Shown: one piece after another, positions 29,006 through 39,391 of the stretch
Layout: each line of letters begins with the position of its first letter
Position numbering within the stretch: the first letter of the stretch is position 1
From: Gemmatales bacterium
Lineage (GTDB): Bacteria; Planctomycetota; Planctomycetia; Gemmatales; HRBIN36
DNA: 64,000 nucleotides
Reading direction: 5' to 3'
Assembly: GCA_041640595.1 (NCBI GenBank)
Contig: JBEPZY010000004.1
Span: 32,001-96,000, forward strand
Program-made: the position numbers and the translations under genes
The notes under the pieces: model-generated
What the model was told of the DNA's origin: nothing
Database searches by the model: none
The model's input: only the letters and a program-made list of their open reading frames with translations

Positions 29006-30409
29006 TTATCGGGGCAGGGAACGCAAATAGGCGCGGATGTCAGTGGCTTGCCGGGGTGATAGCCGTTCTCGAGTAAAAAGCGGCATGTACAGCCCGTCTC
29101 GCTCGGTGCCCTTCCAAACGTAGCGGTGAAACGTACCCGGGCTGACTCCCAGAGAGCGACCTGATTTGGGATGTACATTGTTGCCGTGGCAATTAGCGCA
29201 GGCCGAACGGTAAAGCCATTCGCCGCGTTTCGGGTCACCGACGATTTCGAGATTTTTCCGGTTGCTCGTCGTGTCGGCTGCTTTTCCGGCTGAAGCGTCT
29301 TCTGGCGACGACGCTGGCCCTGATTTTGCCGGTGGAGAAGGGGTGTTGGGTTTTGTCGCCGGCGCTACGGGTTGGTCCTTTTCAATTCGGGAAGGCGAAC
29401 CACCCGGGCGGAATAATTGCTCCAGCGCAGCCACACTCGGCGGATAGATGTCCTTATTGTCTTCGCTGCGGATGGGCAGCTCGACAGCGGTGGCCCCGGC
29501 AGCGATGAGATAATGTCGGCGCAATTCCTGACGGGCAGCGTTAATCTGCTCCGCCTGGCCACTGTTGAGTTGTTCCAGCAGCCGCTGTTGTAACTCCGCC
29601 GGTAACTGCAAATCCTTCAGTCGCAGTTCCAGCGTCCACAAGTAAGCAAGGATGCTGTCGAGTTCCCAATCTTCCGGGAAACGCCCTGCGCTGCAGTAGC
29701 TGCAACAGACCTGAACGGCGTCGGACAGTGAGGCGGGATTCATCGGACGGAGCTGTTCTCCGTCGCGAACCTTCAGGCGATGGTAGCGGGCATAGTAGCC
29801 GTTGTAAAAACGCTCGCGGTTCACCATGCCCCAAAACGTTGTGCCGGGCCGCAGGGCAACTTCCGCAGCGCTGTCGTCGGGGGCGGGGGAACTCGAATGG
29901 GCCCCGGCTTTTTTACCGGCGTTAGCGGGGTGGTGAGAAAGCAATGGCTCTCGCGCTTCCGGGTCCTGACGGGTGAGCACAGGGTCTTCGCGTACCAGGT
30001 TGTGGCAATGAATGCAGCGATAGGTATCGGCCAGCGGAACACTCGGTGCCGGGCCGACGGGCGGATTCTGCACCTGCGCGGTGTGAACCAGTTCCCGGCC
30101 CCAACGGACAAAATCGTCCCAGTTCCATTTCCTGCCACCGTATTGCCGTGCCTGGAGTGCTTGCTGAAACTGCTTGCGTCGGTGTTGTCCCAGCAATTCA
30201 TCGATCGTGCTCTCAGGCGTGGCTGGTGCAGGGGGAGCTGATCCCGCTTTCCAGTACCACCATCCAGCCACACCCAGGCTCAAAACCAGCACAGTCACGG
30301 TCACGACTGCGACAAGCCGAAATGGTGCTCCGCCGTATCGCCAGCCCGTGTGCGGAACAAACGATTCTTCAGCGTTAGTCATGTTTGCTGTCTGCATAAG
30401 TCGTCCCAT
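29006..30409 (-). CDS. Membrane-anchored diheme cytochrome c (TsdA/SoxA-like architecture)
   Basis: N-terminal TM helix; CIHCH and CANCH heme motifs; extra CCSYC. Start uncertain (ATG 30409, 30397 or 30382). Confidence 0.75.
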   Translation of the reverse strand: MGRLMQTANMTNAEESFVPHTGWRYGGAPFRLVAVVTVTVLVLSLGVAGWWYWKAGSAPPAPATPESTIDELLGQHRRKQFQQALQARQYGGRKWNWDDFVRWGRELVHTAQVQNPPVGPAPSVPLADTYRCIHCHNLVREDPVLTRQDPEAREPLLSHHPANAGKKAGAHSSSPAPDDSAAEVALRPGTTFWGMVNRERFYNGYYARYHRLKVRDGEQLRPMNPASLSDAVQVCCSYCSAGRFPEDWELDSILAYLWTLELRLKDLQLPAELQQRLLEQLNSGQAEQINAARQELRRHYLIAAGATAVELPIRSEDNKDIYPPSVAALEQLFRPGGSPSRIEKDQPVAPATKPNTPSPPAKSGPASSPEDASAGKAADTTSNRKNLEIVGDPKRGEWLYRSACANCHGNNVHPKSGRSLGVSPGTFHRYVWKGTERDGLYMPLFTRERLSPRQATDIRAYLRSLPR

Positions 30410-30590
30410 GTGCGCGAAAGTAGTGTGAGGCACGCTTGTTGTGCTTTGCCAGAAAGCATAGGCTCCGGGAAATGCTTCCGCAAGCAATAGCGGTCTGACC
30501 AAATTTTGGGAATGTTGTACAATGTAGTGTTCCCGAAAGCATGGTAAACCTGCCTCCAGTTGAGCCGCAGGTCGTAAAAGGAGTCCAGCT

Positions 30591-31004
30591 ATGAGCAAAC
30601 GCGGAGAACTCATGAAAATTGTCGAACAGACTTACGCTCGGCCAGCCGATCAGGTGCCGAAATTCGACATCGGCGACTATGTCGAAGTACACCAGAAGAT
30701 TCTCGAAGGCCAGAAAGAACGCATCCAGGTCTTTGCCGGGACGGTAATCGCCCGACGCGGCAGCGGCTTGCGAGAAACCTTCACAGTGCGCCGCATTGTG
30801 CAGGGCGAGGGAGTCGAGCGCACTTTCCCTGTACATTCACCGCGGATTGCCAAAGTCGTGGTCAAACGCCACGGTCGGGTGCGTCGGGCTAAGCTGTACT
30901 ACCTGCGTGAGCGTGTCGGCAAAGCCACCAAACTTCGCGAACGACAGGAAACCGGCCAGAAAGCGACGCAAAGCGAAGCCAAGGCCACCAGCAATGCCTC
31001 CTGA
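30591..31004 (+). CDS. rplS: 50S ribosomal protein L19
   Basis: [40 protein letters not shown]. Confidence 0.98.
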   Translation: MSKRGELMKIVEQTYARPADQVPKFDIGDYVEVHQKILEGQKERIQVFAGTVIARRGSGLRETFTVRRIVQGEGVERTFPVHSPRIAKVVVKRHGRVRRAKLYYLRERVGKATKLRERQETGQKATQSEAKATSNAS

Positions 31005-31054
31005 CCACGGCGGTGGGCATCCTGGTCAGTGCCACGGCGAGTCGGGATCGCGGT

Positions 31055-31504
31055 ATGGCTTGCAATCCTCAGCAGCCTGACCAGCGGCGAGCTTTCGGCC
31101 TGGAAGCGGAAACGCTGGCCGCTCAGTTCCTCGCGAACCGGGGCCTGCACATTTTGCTTCGCAACTACACCTGCCCTTTCGGCGAACTTGACATCGTGGC
31201 CCGAGATAAAGATACGGTGGTATTTGTCGAGGTGCGGTCAACGGCCAGCGGTTCCGCTTTGCGACCCGCGCTTTCCATTGATGCCCGCAAACAACGTCGG
31301 CTTTATCGAATTGCCGAGTATTTCCTGTCGAAACATCGCCTGCTGGGCAGACCCGCACGCTTCGATGTCGTGCTGGTGGTGGAGAATTTCGACGCCAATC
31401 AGACCGCTACGGATAATCCCGGGCCAGGTGTGCTGCTGACCGGTACCGACGGAAAACCGAGGCAGATTATCCATTACGTAAACGCCCTGCAGTTTTCCGG
31501 ATGA
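31055..31504 (+). CDS. YraN family (UPF0102) putative endonuclease
   Basis: G..AE..A..FL, RNYTCPFGELDIVA, VFVEVR, ARFDVV. Start may be 31013 or 31055. Confidence 0.88.
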   Translation: MACNPQQPDQRRAFGLEAETLAAQFLANRGLHILLRNYTCPFGELDIVARDKDTVVFVEVRSTASGSALRPALSIDARKQRRLYRIAEYFLSKHRLLGRPARFDVVLVVENFDANQTATDNPGPGVLLTGTDGKPRQIIHYVNALQFSG

Positions 31505-31570
31505 CTGTGGAAACCACTGCACGGTCGCTCTTTCCAGGGCCTGGGTCAATCGTCGCCAATCCGGGCGAGG

Positions 31571-32803
31571 GTGATCATGCTGGACGTGGAAACCCAACTT
31601 GCCATCATTCGCCGCGGGGTAGAGCAAATCGTTCCCGAAGAAGAATTGCGGCAGAAACTGGAGCGGAGCTTTCGCACCGGCCAACCGTTGCGGGTGAAGT
31701 ATGGCATTGATCCGACCGGGATAGATGTGCATCTCGGCCACACGGTACCGTTACGCAAGCTCCGGCAATTTCAGGAACTCGGACACCAGGCGGTGCTGAT
31801 TATCGGCAATTACACAGCCCTGGTAGGCGATCCCTCTGGACGCGATCAGGCGCGTGCCCGACTGACACCGGAACAGGTTGAGCGTAATGCCCGGGATTAC
31901 CTGACTCAGATCAGCAAAGTCATTGACCTGAGTCGAACCGAGGTGGTGCGCAACGGAGACTGGTTCAGCCGCTTCAGTTTTCTCGATGTCCTGAACCTGG
32001 CCGGCAAAATGACCGTGCAGCGCCTGCTGGAGCGCGACGATTTTACCAAACGATTGAAAGCGGGAACACCGATTTACCTGCATGAGTGTTTATATCCGCT
32101 GATGCAGGGATACGACAGTGTCGCTGTTCGCAGCGATATTGAGCTGGGCGGTAGCGAACAGCTGTTCAGTCTGCTGGTCGCTCGCGATTTGCAGCGGGAC
32201 GCAGGTCAGGAACCCCAGGTGGCCATCACCCTGCCGATCCTGAGAGGCCTGGATGGGGTTCGCCGGATGGGCAAGAGTCTTGGTAATTACATCGGCGTCG
32301 GGGAACCGCCATTCGACCAGTTCGCCAAAACGATGAGCATCCCCGACGAACTGATGCAGGAGTGGTTCACTTTACTGACAGATCGTTCGCCGGAAGAAAT
32401 CGCCCGATTAACCGACCCGCAACGAACGCACCCGAAACTGGCGAAAATGCAGCTGGCACGGGACATCGTCAGCTTCTTCCACGGCGCTGATGCTGCCGAG
32501 CAGGCAGCGCACGAATGGGAACGCCGACTCAGCCAGCGGCAAGACCCCAGTGAGATTCCCGAAGTGCATTTGAGCTATCTAGACATTCCCGAGGGGAAAA
32601 TGAACGTTTGTCGGTTGTTGACCCGGCTGGGATTAACTGCCAGCAATAGCGAAGCCCGACGCCTGATCCAGCAAGGCGGAGTTACCATGGGCCCCGAACG
32701 AACGCGGATCAGCGATCCCAACCTGGAGTTGGTCTTGCAGGACGGTTTGATTTTGCGTATCGGCAATAATCGCAAGATTGTCCGCATTCGCTGGCAAGCC
32801 TGA
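31571..32803 (+). CDS. tyrS: Tyrosine--tRNA ligase with S4 domain
   Basis: GIDPT..DVHLGH, YPLMQGYDS, RMGKSLGNYI, SNSEARRLIQQGGV. Confidence 0.97.
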   Translation: MIMLDVETQLAIIRRGVEQIVPEEELRQKLERSFRTGQPLRVKYGIDPTGIDVHLGHTVPLRKLRQFQELGHQAVLIIGNYTALVGDPSGRDQARARLTPEQVERNARDYLTQISKVIDLSRTEVVRNGDWFSRFSFLDVLNLAGKMTVQRLLERDDFTKRLKAGTPIYLHECLYPLMQGYDSVAVRSDIELGGSEQLFSLLVARDLQRDAGQEPQVAITLPILRGLDGVRRMGKSLGNYIGVGEPPFDQFAKTMSIPDELMQEWFTLLTDRSPEEIARLTDPQRTHPKLAKMQLARDIVSFFHGADAAEQAAHEWERRLSQRQDPSEIPEVHLSYLDIPEGKMNVCRLLTRLGLTASNSEARRLIQQGGVTMGPERTRISDPNLELVLQDGLILRIGNNRKIVRIRWQA

Positions 32804-33032
32804 AAGCGATACCAACTCCACCGGCCAACGGTGAAGTTGTCTCCACAGGTAAATGCTGCCTGGTTTCGGATCCCGGCTGAGATTTCGCCATCGGCAACCT
32901 GGCTCCGTGATGATAGGGCATTATTTGACGCGAAGCCAGGAGGCACGCAGGCAACTCCGCGGCGAAACGCCGGCAGCTCTCAAGCGACATGCGGGTTAGC
33001 CGGATGCACACCACAGCCGAGACGATAGATCC

Positions 33033-33917
33033 ATGACCTGGTGGCAAGCTATTGTCCTGGGTGCGTTGCAGGGGATCACCGAGTTCTTACCGGTGTCCAG
33101 CAGCGGACATCTGGTTCTGGTGCAGCACTGGTGGCCGATCGTGGGCGACGAATCGGCAGCGGCGTTATTTTTTGATGGCATGCTCCATCTCGGCACGGTT
33201 TTTTCGGTGCTGGCTTATTTCTGGCGTTATCGGTCGGACGCCGTCACCGGTGACGAAGCGGTGCCGGCGACGCTGCGCTATGCTGTACCCGACAACCGAT
33301 CGATTACCGCAACGGGAACGTCCTGGTGGCACTGGTTCTGGCTGTTGAGCTGGGCAAGTGCACCCGCGGCCGTGGCGGTGTTGGCTTTTCCACGCTGGAT
33401 ACGCGACTCGTTTGTCAGCCTGCCTATGGTTGCGGTGGATTTCGTCCTGCTCGGTATCCTGCTCTGGTTGACGGATCGGTTGCCCGCTGGCACTCTGAGA
33501 GCCGACCAGACCAGGTGGTATCACGCCCTCATCATTGGAACTGGGCAGATGCTATCGGCCCTGTTTCGAGGATTGTCGCGCAGCGGTATGACTATTGCGA
33601 CCGCCCTTTTTCTGGGTCTGGAGCGCAGCTGGGCATTGCGACTGAGTTTCGCCATGTCGGTGATCGCCAATCTGGGTCTGGCCGGGCTTGGTATCATCCA
33701 CCTGATCCGCGAACCCGGTACGCTGCCCTGGCTGACACCAGACTTTCTTGCCTGCACTCTCCTGGGTGCGGCCACGAGTGCCGTGGTGGGTTACCTGAGC
33801 ATTTACCCGCTGCTGGCGCTGGTCCGCCGTTGTCGGCTCCGCTGGTTCAGCCTGTACCTGTGGCTGGTGGCGGCACTCGCGGGATTGGCAAGTGTTTTCC
33901 GTTACCTGCCGGGTTAG
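33033..33917 (+). CDS. uppP: Undecaprenyl-diphosphate phosphatase
   Basis: QGITEFLPVSSSGHL, GLSRSGMTI; multiple TM helices. Confidence 0.92.
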   Translation: MTWWQAIVLGALQGITEFLPVSSSGHLVLVQHWWPIVGDESAAALFFDGMLHLGTVFSVLAYFWRYRSDAVTGDEAVPATLRYAVPDNRSITATGTSWWHWFWLLSWASAPAAVAVLAFPRWIRDSFVSLPMVAVDFVLLGILLWLTDRLPAGTLRADQTRWYHALIIGTGQMLSALFRGLSRSGMTIATALFLGLERSWALRLSFAMSVIANLGLAGLGIIHLIREPGTLPWLTPDFLACTLLGAATSAVVGYLSIYPLLALVRRCRLRWFSLYLWLVAALAGLASVFRYLPG

Positions 33918-34074
33918 CTCGTCCTGGCCGAAGGTAACAAACCTCTCCGGCTAGGGGTTCTGTAATCGTGTGCCTGACGCCTGAAGTGCGTTCTGGAGCA
34001 GGTCGAAACGGCAAACTTCTCTGGCACAGGATCGTCAAGCCCGCCGCCGCGTGGAAACTGCTGTAAAAACCGGT

Positions 34075-34641
34075 TTATTTTGGCCCACGAAGCAAAGGGT
34101 CGTCCGCTTCGAGCATCTTGAACAGATTGGAATCTTCGAGGAGTGAGGTCTTTTTTGGCTTGGGTTTGTTAGCTTGAGGGGCGGTGGGCGATTCCTGAGG
34201 CGAAGGATTGGCTGAGGAAACGGGTTGCACAGTCGGTTGACTGGGTTGCGGCGGGCGAGCAGGTTGGGCAATCGGTTGTGCCGGCTTACGCGGTTGCGCA
34301 TGTGGAGACGTGGTCGGCGAAGGGCCTGGTGGCGCAGCTGCTGCCGCCGTTTCAGGTTGCCACAACACGCGGAACACATACGGGCCAACCGTCAACAAGT
34401 CGCCGTTCCTTAACTGCCCCTCCAGCACTTCGCGTCCGTTGATGCGAATGCCGTTAGTGCTGCCCAGGTCGCGCACGGCCAGGTAATCGTTGACCTGAGC
34501 GACACAGCAATGCCGCCGGGAAACTTTGCGTGAATCTAACCGGATCTCACAGTCCGCCAGACGACCGATAATGTAAACTTCTTCCGAACCTCCCAGCGAA
34601 AACTTCAGCTTGCCGTCCAGGGATTCCAGCAAGTACGGCAT
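34075..34641 (-). CDS. FHA domain protein with Pro-rich tail
   Basis: IGR…VSRRHC…DLGSTNG FHA signature. Confidence 0.9.
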   Translation of the reverse strand: MPYLLESLDGKLKFSLGGSEEVYIIGRLADCEIRLDSRKVSRRHCCVAQVNDYLAVRDLGSTNGIRINGREVLEGQLRNGDLLTVGPYVFRVLWQPETAAAAAPPGPSPTTSPHAQPRKPAQPIAQPARPPQPSQPTVQPVSSANPSPQESPTAPQANKPKPKKTSLLEDSNLFKMLEADDPLLRGPK

Positions 34642-34833
34642 ATTCGGGTCTCCACTAGTCGTGCCTGCACCAGGCAGGTGGCACACCCTGGCATCCTGTC
34701 CTGAACGTGCTCGTCAGCCCCATCCATTTGCCGCGATCTTTTCCAGCCTTGCTACCGGGATTATAGCTTCTTAATGCCAGGTCTAGAACTGGCATGTCCC
34801 AGTCTGGGAAGGTGCTGCGGCCCGTGTTCCGGC

Positions 34834-36228
34834 TTAGCTGTCGGACGTGCTAGGGGTATCGAAAACGCCGAATCCAAACGGGCGAGTATCTCGGCGTGGG
34901 GGAGTCGGGGGAACCGATGGAGAAGGTCGCTCCGTACCGGTCGCGGAAGTTGGAGGTGCAGCAGGGCCGCTTGCGGTGCCAGGTTTCTCTTCCGACACAG
35001 CCGGGGGCTGTTCCACGGGGGTAACCGCAGACGCCGTTTCGGACGGGAGTAAACCACCTTCGCCGGCCGATTTCTCCTCAACTGCTGGCGACGGTTCAGG
35101 GGCAGCTACCGGAGCTGGTGCGGGAGGTTCGTAATGCGGCTCGGGTCGGCGTGCAGCTTCGCCAATTGTGAAAACAATTCGCGGTGGCCCAGGAGGAACG
35201 GTCGGCGTTGAAGTTACAGCTTGTGTCGGCGTGCTGACCGCGTCCCCACTGAGCGAATCGGAAACCGCCCCAGCGAGCGAATGCACAGACGGTTTTTCCG
35301 CAGAAACCATCTGATCCTCGGCCGGTGCGCTACCGGTTCGGGTCAGGCTGACACTTTCCCGAACCTCTCCGGTCGTCGAATGCTCAGCGTAGCGGGTGAG
35401 CCGCGAGGCTCGACTGCGCCCCAACGCAGCCCGGCGACGCATACGCTGTTCACCGAACGCAGGTTCTTCGCGCATTTCTTCGCCGAAGCGGGTCACCACA
35501 TAAGTGCCGCTTCGCCGCTCTTTTGCCAATTCCAGCAAGCCGTGCCTTTCCGCATCTTCAAGCAAATCCGTGAACGAATAATACCCGTGGTAGGTTTCGT
35601 TGAAACTCGGTTTCAGCCGCTTCATGGTCTCCTTGATCATGGACGACCATAGCACTTCCTTGTTTTCTCGCCGCAACGCCGTCAATGCGTCCATCAACAG
35701 CTGGAAGGCCTTTCGCTTGTTTTCCGGCAGACGCGGATCGACCTGGAAAGTGCTGACAATATGCTCCAGGTCTTCGTAATAAATGAACTCATCGCAATTG
35801 TCGCGGAGAAGGTCCGAGGTAGCATTCGCCATCCCGACACCGATAACGTGTTTACCCAGTTCCTTCAGCTTGGAAACCAGTGGGGTGAAATCGCTGTCCC
35901 CGGACAGGATCACGAAGGTGTCAATGTGCTCCTTGGAGTAGGCGAGGTCCATCGCGTCCACGCACAGGCGAATGTCTGCGGAGTTTTTGCCGCTCTGGCT
36001 GCGGCGAGGAATGTCAATCAATTCAAAACCGGCTTCGTGCAATGCCGCTGTATAGGACGAATAATAGCTCCAATCCGCGTAAGCCTTTTTGACCACTACC
36101 TTCCCTTTTTCCACCATGCGCCGCATGACACGGTTAATGTCAAAACGTTCACGCGGGTCGGTCAAACCGAGGGCGAAATTCTCGAAGTCCAGGAAAAGTG
36201 CTAGGGAATGTGCATGTGCTTCGGCCAT
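34834..36228 (-). CDS. NYN/LabA-family (PIN-like) protein with OST-HTH/LOTUS domain and disordered tail
   Basis: LFLDFEN, KAYADW, GKNSADI, SGDSDFTPL, CDEFIYY; FNETYHGYYSFTDLLE. Confidence 0.9.
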   Translation of the reverse strand: MAEAHAHSLALFLDFENFALGLTDPRERFDINRVMRRMVEKGKVVVKKAYADWSYYSSYTAALHEAGFELIDIPRRSQSGKNSADIRLCVDAMDLAYSKEHIDTFVILSGDSDFTPLVSKLKELGKHVIGVGMANATSDLLRDNCDEFIYYEDLEHIVSTFQVDPRLPENKRKAFQLLMDALTALRRENKEVLWSSMIKETMKRLKPSFNETYHGYYSFTDLLEDAERHGLLELAKERRSGTYVVTRFGEEMREEPAFGEQRMRRRAALGRSRASRLTRYAEHSTTGEVRESVSLTRTGSAPAEDQMVSAEKPSVHSLAGAVSDSLSGDAVSTPTQAVTSTPTVPPGPPRIVFTIGEAARRPEPHYEPPAPAPVAAPEPSPAVEEKSAGEGGLLPSETASAVTPVEQPPAVSEEKPGTASGPAAPPTSATGTERPSPSVPPTPPRRDTRPFGFGVFDTPSTSDS

Positions 36229-36750
36229 CCTGACACTCTCTCAGTGATGATTTTCCCACGAATGTGCCACAGTTCGACCATACCACACTCGGCCAATCGG
36301 ACCGGCAAGAAGCAGACCGCTGCCAACGCAGTTAGAGCATTCCGCAGGCATGTCCCCGGCCGAGTTGGCCTTCCTGCCTGCGTGGCCATCCAGGCAAAGA
36401 TATTTTACGGCGATGACGATTTTCGGACAACCAATCCACCACCAGCCAGGTACCCCGCATGAGCAGCCGTCTGCGATTCCTCGCTACCTTGCAGCCCGTG
36501 CAAAATTTGACAAGGTGCCAACCGATTTTCGGATGGTTCTGCGTATGCGATGGCTCACTAGCTTGCAGTCGGCGTAAAACGGGCCCGCATTCAATCTTCA
36601 GCCCATTCGGCAAGGCTCGTTTCTGGACGTAGCCAACAGGTTGGCGTATTATTCAGTGCGTACCTGACGATAGTCAGGGGAGCAACTGCCTGACTCAGCC
36701 GCGATCCGGCGTATTATTCAAAGCGTAACTGCCAGCTTGCGATAGCGCCA

Positions 36751-36836
36751 GCGGGAGTGGCGGAATTGGCAGACGCGCCAGGTTGAGGGCCTGGTGGGAA
36801 TTTTATCCCGTGTGGGTTCGAGTCCCACCTCCCGCA
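36751..36836 (+). tRNA. tRNA-Leu (anticodon GAG)
   Basis: GCGGGAG acceptor, D-loop GGAATTGGCAGAC, anticodon arm ccagg-ttGAGgg-cctgg, long variable arm, GTTCGAGTC; CCA not encoded. Confidence 0.96.
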
Positions 36837-37752
36837 TTCCCAGGCAACCCTGGATGACCGGGCCAGAGGTGCCAGCCGGTTTCTGAAATCCGAGGACTGG
36901 ATCGCTTCCAGATCGGACTTCCCGATGGCCGTAAAACAGCGGCATCGTTGCGGCTTTAGCGAAGCCCCCATCGTGGCTGTGCAGTGACAGCGACTCCGCT
37001 CGCCATGGCATCTTGCGGCATGAACCAGGCGACCACCTGGTCGCACAGCTCTTGCGTAGCGACAATGCATCGGTCATCGTTGAGGGACTAACAAAGCAGC
37101 CACGTAGCACAGGCAGCAGCAAGGGCGATCGCAGGCCCGGTCAGCATCACGGTGCCGGCGAATCAGCCACTTTGCTTCCCGTTTTGCATTGTCCCGATTG
37201 GCTTTGTTCCGGATGGGCATGGCTGCTGACTCTCCTGCCGTCCGCCGAAGGGCGACACAGTGGTCGGCATCTACGGCAGCCACGGGATTCCTGTTGACAC
37301 TGCTGTCCGCCTAAGGTCGACTCTGAGCGGAATCAGGCCAAACCTGACGCCGCTTCGGAGGATGCGATCGGTTGCTGATTCGGCCCGGCCAGTCGTCGAA
37401 ATAATCCGATGAGCAGCCGACCGCTGGGAACCTGTGTCTTTCGTTGTTTACAATCCGAACTTCTGGATGCTGAAGGGGGCAGCTGCCAAATGGGAACCCG
37501 TCCCCAACTTTCATCCGAAACGACCTTACAATCTTGTGGAAGGCTCGGTAGGCTCGATGAACATCCAGGCAACGGAGATTACGTCGCTCTGCAACTAGCA
37601 CTGGGCACCAGCAAAATGGAGAAGGACAGCCTCTTCACGGAGATTTCTGGCAACTATGGATTGGCGAATTCGGGCGACCGCTTCATGGCCCGGAAGGCCG
37701 GGTTCAGCACGGTACTGGTCAGAGAAACAAGGCACGTCCCTGGGGCCTGACG

Positions 37753-39213
37753 GTGAATGACTTTATTGCAACCCATCCGGTGGCGGTGGTGCTCTCGGTA
37801 GTGGCGGTGGTGCACGCACTGACCGTCGTTGTTGGCGTGCCCTGGGTGGTGTTTACCAAAAAAGAATCGCAGGCCACGATGGCCTGGGTATTGACCGTTA
37901 TCAGCTTACCGATGCTGGGGATTATGCTTTTTGCATTATTTGGTTACAACTACGTCTATCGGCCGATCAAACGGCGTCGGCGGTTGCAGATAGGACGAGC
38001 CCGGTGGCAACATTCGCTCCCCGAGCATCTGCGTCGCGGTCATCACCGGGAACGCACCCTCGAAACCTGGAATCAGCTGGGCAAACTCGCGGTCAAGCTC
38101 GGTTCTTTCCCAGTCAGTGCCGGCAACCGGGTGCAGTTGTACCACGAAACCGCTCAGGCTTTCGCCGATATGTTCCAGGCTATTGAGCAAGCCGAGCACC
38201 ACATTCATCTCGAATATTTCATCGTTCGCGCGGACCGCACTGGCAGCCGATTGCTGGATCTGCTCACCCGAAAGGCGAAATCAGGGGTAGAAGTGCGATT
38301 GCTTTACGACGCCGTCGGCTCGCTCACACTCCATACCTGGTTTATTCGCCCGCTGCGTCAGGCCGGCGGACAATGCGTGCCTTTCCTGACCATTAACCCC
38401 TTGCGTCGTCGCATCCAGGTCAACTTACGCAATCACCGCAAAATCACGGTGATTGATGGGCGCGTCGGTTTCACCGGAGGCATCAACATCGGCGACGAAT
38501 ACCTGGGGCGTGACCCGCATTTCGGTTACTGGCGAGACGAACATCTGCGTCTGGAAGGCCCGGCTGTATCGTGTTTGCAAATGATTTTTGCGGAGGACTG
38601 GGAATTTGCCAGTGGCGAGGCTTTGCGGGGCAACAAGTATTTCCCGCCCGTGGAGCCGGTCGGGGAAGCGCTGGTGCAGATCGTGGACAGCGGACCCGAT
38701 CAGGGCAAAAACGCCAACCGCGACCTGATTTTCGCTGCCATCACTTTAGCTCGCCGGCGGGTCTGGATCGCCACTCCCTATTTCGTACCGGACGCCGGTT
38801 TACAGGACGCCTTACGCCTGGCAGCACGGCTGGGTGTGGATGTGCGTATCTTGCTGCCGAGTATTGCCGACCACTGGCTCGCTTTTTTTGCTCGCCAGAC
38901 TTACGTCGAGGAACTCCTGGACGAGGGCATTCAGTTTTATGAGTATCTGCCCGGCATGATGCATTCCAAGATGATGCTGGTAGATGACAATTGGGGCTAC
39001 GTCGGCAGCGTCAATTTTGACAATCGGAGTTTGCGCCTGAATTTTGAGGTGAACTGTGTGCTGCATTCTCCCGCGGAGTTAGCAGAACTGCAAACCGCTT
39101 TTGAAAACGACTTCGCCAAGAGCAAGCGCATTGAACCGGCGGCCTTTCGGCAACGCCCATTCACGATCAAGTTAGCGGCACAGGTGTCGCGGTTGTTTGC
39201 CCCGTTATTGTGA
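37753..39213 (+). CDS. cls: Cardiolipin synthase
   Basis: Two N-terminal TM helices; two HKD motifs (RNHRKITVID, MHSKMMLVD). Confidence 0.95.
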   Translation: MNDFIATHPVAVVLSVVAVVHALTVVVGVPWVVFTKKESQATMAWVLTVISLPMLGIMLFALFGYNYVYRPIKRRRRLQIGRARWQHSLPEHLRRGHHRERTLETWNQLGKLAVKLGSFPVSAGNRVQLYHETAQAFADMFQAIEQAEHHIHLEYFIVRADRTGSRLLDLLTRKAKSGVEVRLLYDAVGSLTLHTWFIRPLRQAGGQCVPFLTINPLRRRIQVNLRNHRKITVIDGRVGFTGGINIGDEYLGRDPHFGYWRDEHLRLEGPAVSCLQMIFAEDWEFASGEALRGNKYFPPVEPVGEALVQIVDSGPDQGKNANRDLIFAAITLARRRVWIATPYFVPDAGLQDALRLAARLGVDVRILLPSIADHWLAFFARQTYVEELLDEGIQFYEYLPGMMHSKMMLVDDNWGYVGSVNFDNRSLRLNFEVNCVLHSPAELAELQTAFENDFAKSKRIEPAAFRQRPFTIKLAAQVSRLFAPLL

Positions 39214-39391
39214 CCGACAGTCCGGATGCTCTTTATAGCGTTTGTGGTATCAGGCCGCCTGTTAGCTCCGCCATTATGACACATTGTGACGGACGATCTC
39301 CGCGATTGAACATCGAAGCAACAGCCGCCAGCCTGCTTCCCTGATTGACGCAGAGCAGCCGGGCCATTCAGCATTCGCTGGCTAAGCCGAC

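Noticed and set aside
28788..29030. 80-aa ORF between the peptidase and cytochrome genes
   Set aside because: It is a translation of the heptamer repeats (SVASGQ) and overlaps the convergent gene end.
31571..32803. TyrS RMGKS variant as a novelty
   Set aside because: KMSKS-loop variation such as KMGKS is common in TyrRS; HLGH is canonical.
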